DNA of 64,000 bases from Alphaproteobacteria bacterium (GTDB lineage: Bacteria; Pseudomonadota; Alphaproteobacteria; GCA-2731375): NCBI GenBank assembly GCA_965225945.1, contig CBDDBZ010000029.1, positions 32,001 to 96,000 of the forward strand, written 5' to 3'. Below, in pieces: positions 63,678 to 64,000 of the stretch. Numbering within the stretch: the stretch's first letter is position 1; every line of letters starts with the position of its first letter. The notes below the pieces were generated by a model. The model was not told where the DNA came from. It worked only from the letters and a program-made list of their open reading frames with translations, and made no database searches. Position numbers and translations under genes: made by a program.

Positions 63678-64000
63678 ATGGTGGCTGAAAACGGGCGGAC
63701 CAACGGCTTCTCGGCCTTCGTCGAGGACCGTCCGGGCCAGGGCATGTTCCGCATCGACCGCGCCATCTATACCGAGGACGCGGTCTTCGAGGCGGAGCTG
63801 GAGCGGATCTTCGAGCATAGCTGGCTCTATCTCTGCCACGAGAGCCAGATCGCCGAGCACGGCGACTACTACGCCAGCCATATCGGCCGACAGCCGGTCT
63901 TCGCCATCCGCCAGAAGGACGGCGCCATCGGCGCCTTCCTCAACGCCTGCGCCCATCGCGGCGCGATCCTGACCAGACGCCGGCGCGCCAATGCGACCAC
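63678..64000 (+). CDS. Aromatic ring-hydroxylating dioxygenase alpha subunit (partial)
   Basis: Manual translation after GGAGG: MVAENG...IYTEDAVFEAELERIF...WLYLCHESQI...IGRQPV...NACAHRG (Rieske motif); runs off the window. Confidence 0.9.
   Translation, partial: MVAENGRTNGFSAFVEDRPGQGMFRIDRAIYTEDAVFEAELERIFEHSWLYLCHESQIAEHGDYYASHIGRQPVFAIRQKDGAIGAFLNACAHRGAILTRRRRANAT

Noticed and set aside
61445-63766. 773-aa amidase fusion ORF
   Set aside because: The upstream part is antisense to the isochorismatase gene; the real start is 62794, with a GGAGG RBS.

Overview
GC-rich bacterial window, probably alphaproteobacterial (inferred from the ftsH-folP-glmM-thiD run and protein styles), with heavy mobile-element load and several inactivated genes. 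Contents in order: partial LysR regulator, scrambled DMT transporter, divergent Old Yellow Enzyme, aprM-aprB-aprA-sat preceded by a probable soeA stub, then a ~10.4 kb nested mobile stack (two IS1595, two 3'-truncated group II introns fused tail-to-tail, an IS110/IS1111 with a readable bridge-RNA-like right end, IS21, IS630). Next come an MFS transporter, cinA, disrupted two-component genes, an IS3-like element with a 14-bp target duplication, an HmfABC-like Mo-hydroxylase, housekeeping genes, a triply disrupted adenylate cyclase, a DUF4833/CDP-alcohol phosphotransferase/PimA-like operon and a catabolic cluster (IOR, tandem amidases, isochorismatase, Rieske dioxygenase). The best candidate for an undescribed system is a transposase-less 755-bp cassette with perfect 43-bp terminal inverted repeats, each containing an NrdR-box-like palindrome, an 8-bp target duplication and a small LRV/HEAT-like cargo ORF. 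It is present twice, each time inside a signalling gene. All calls were made by eye; no database searches were run.
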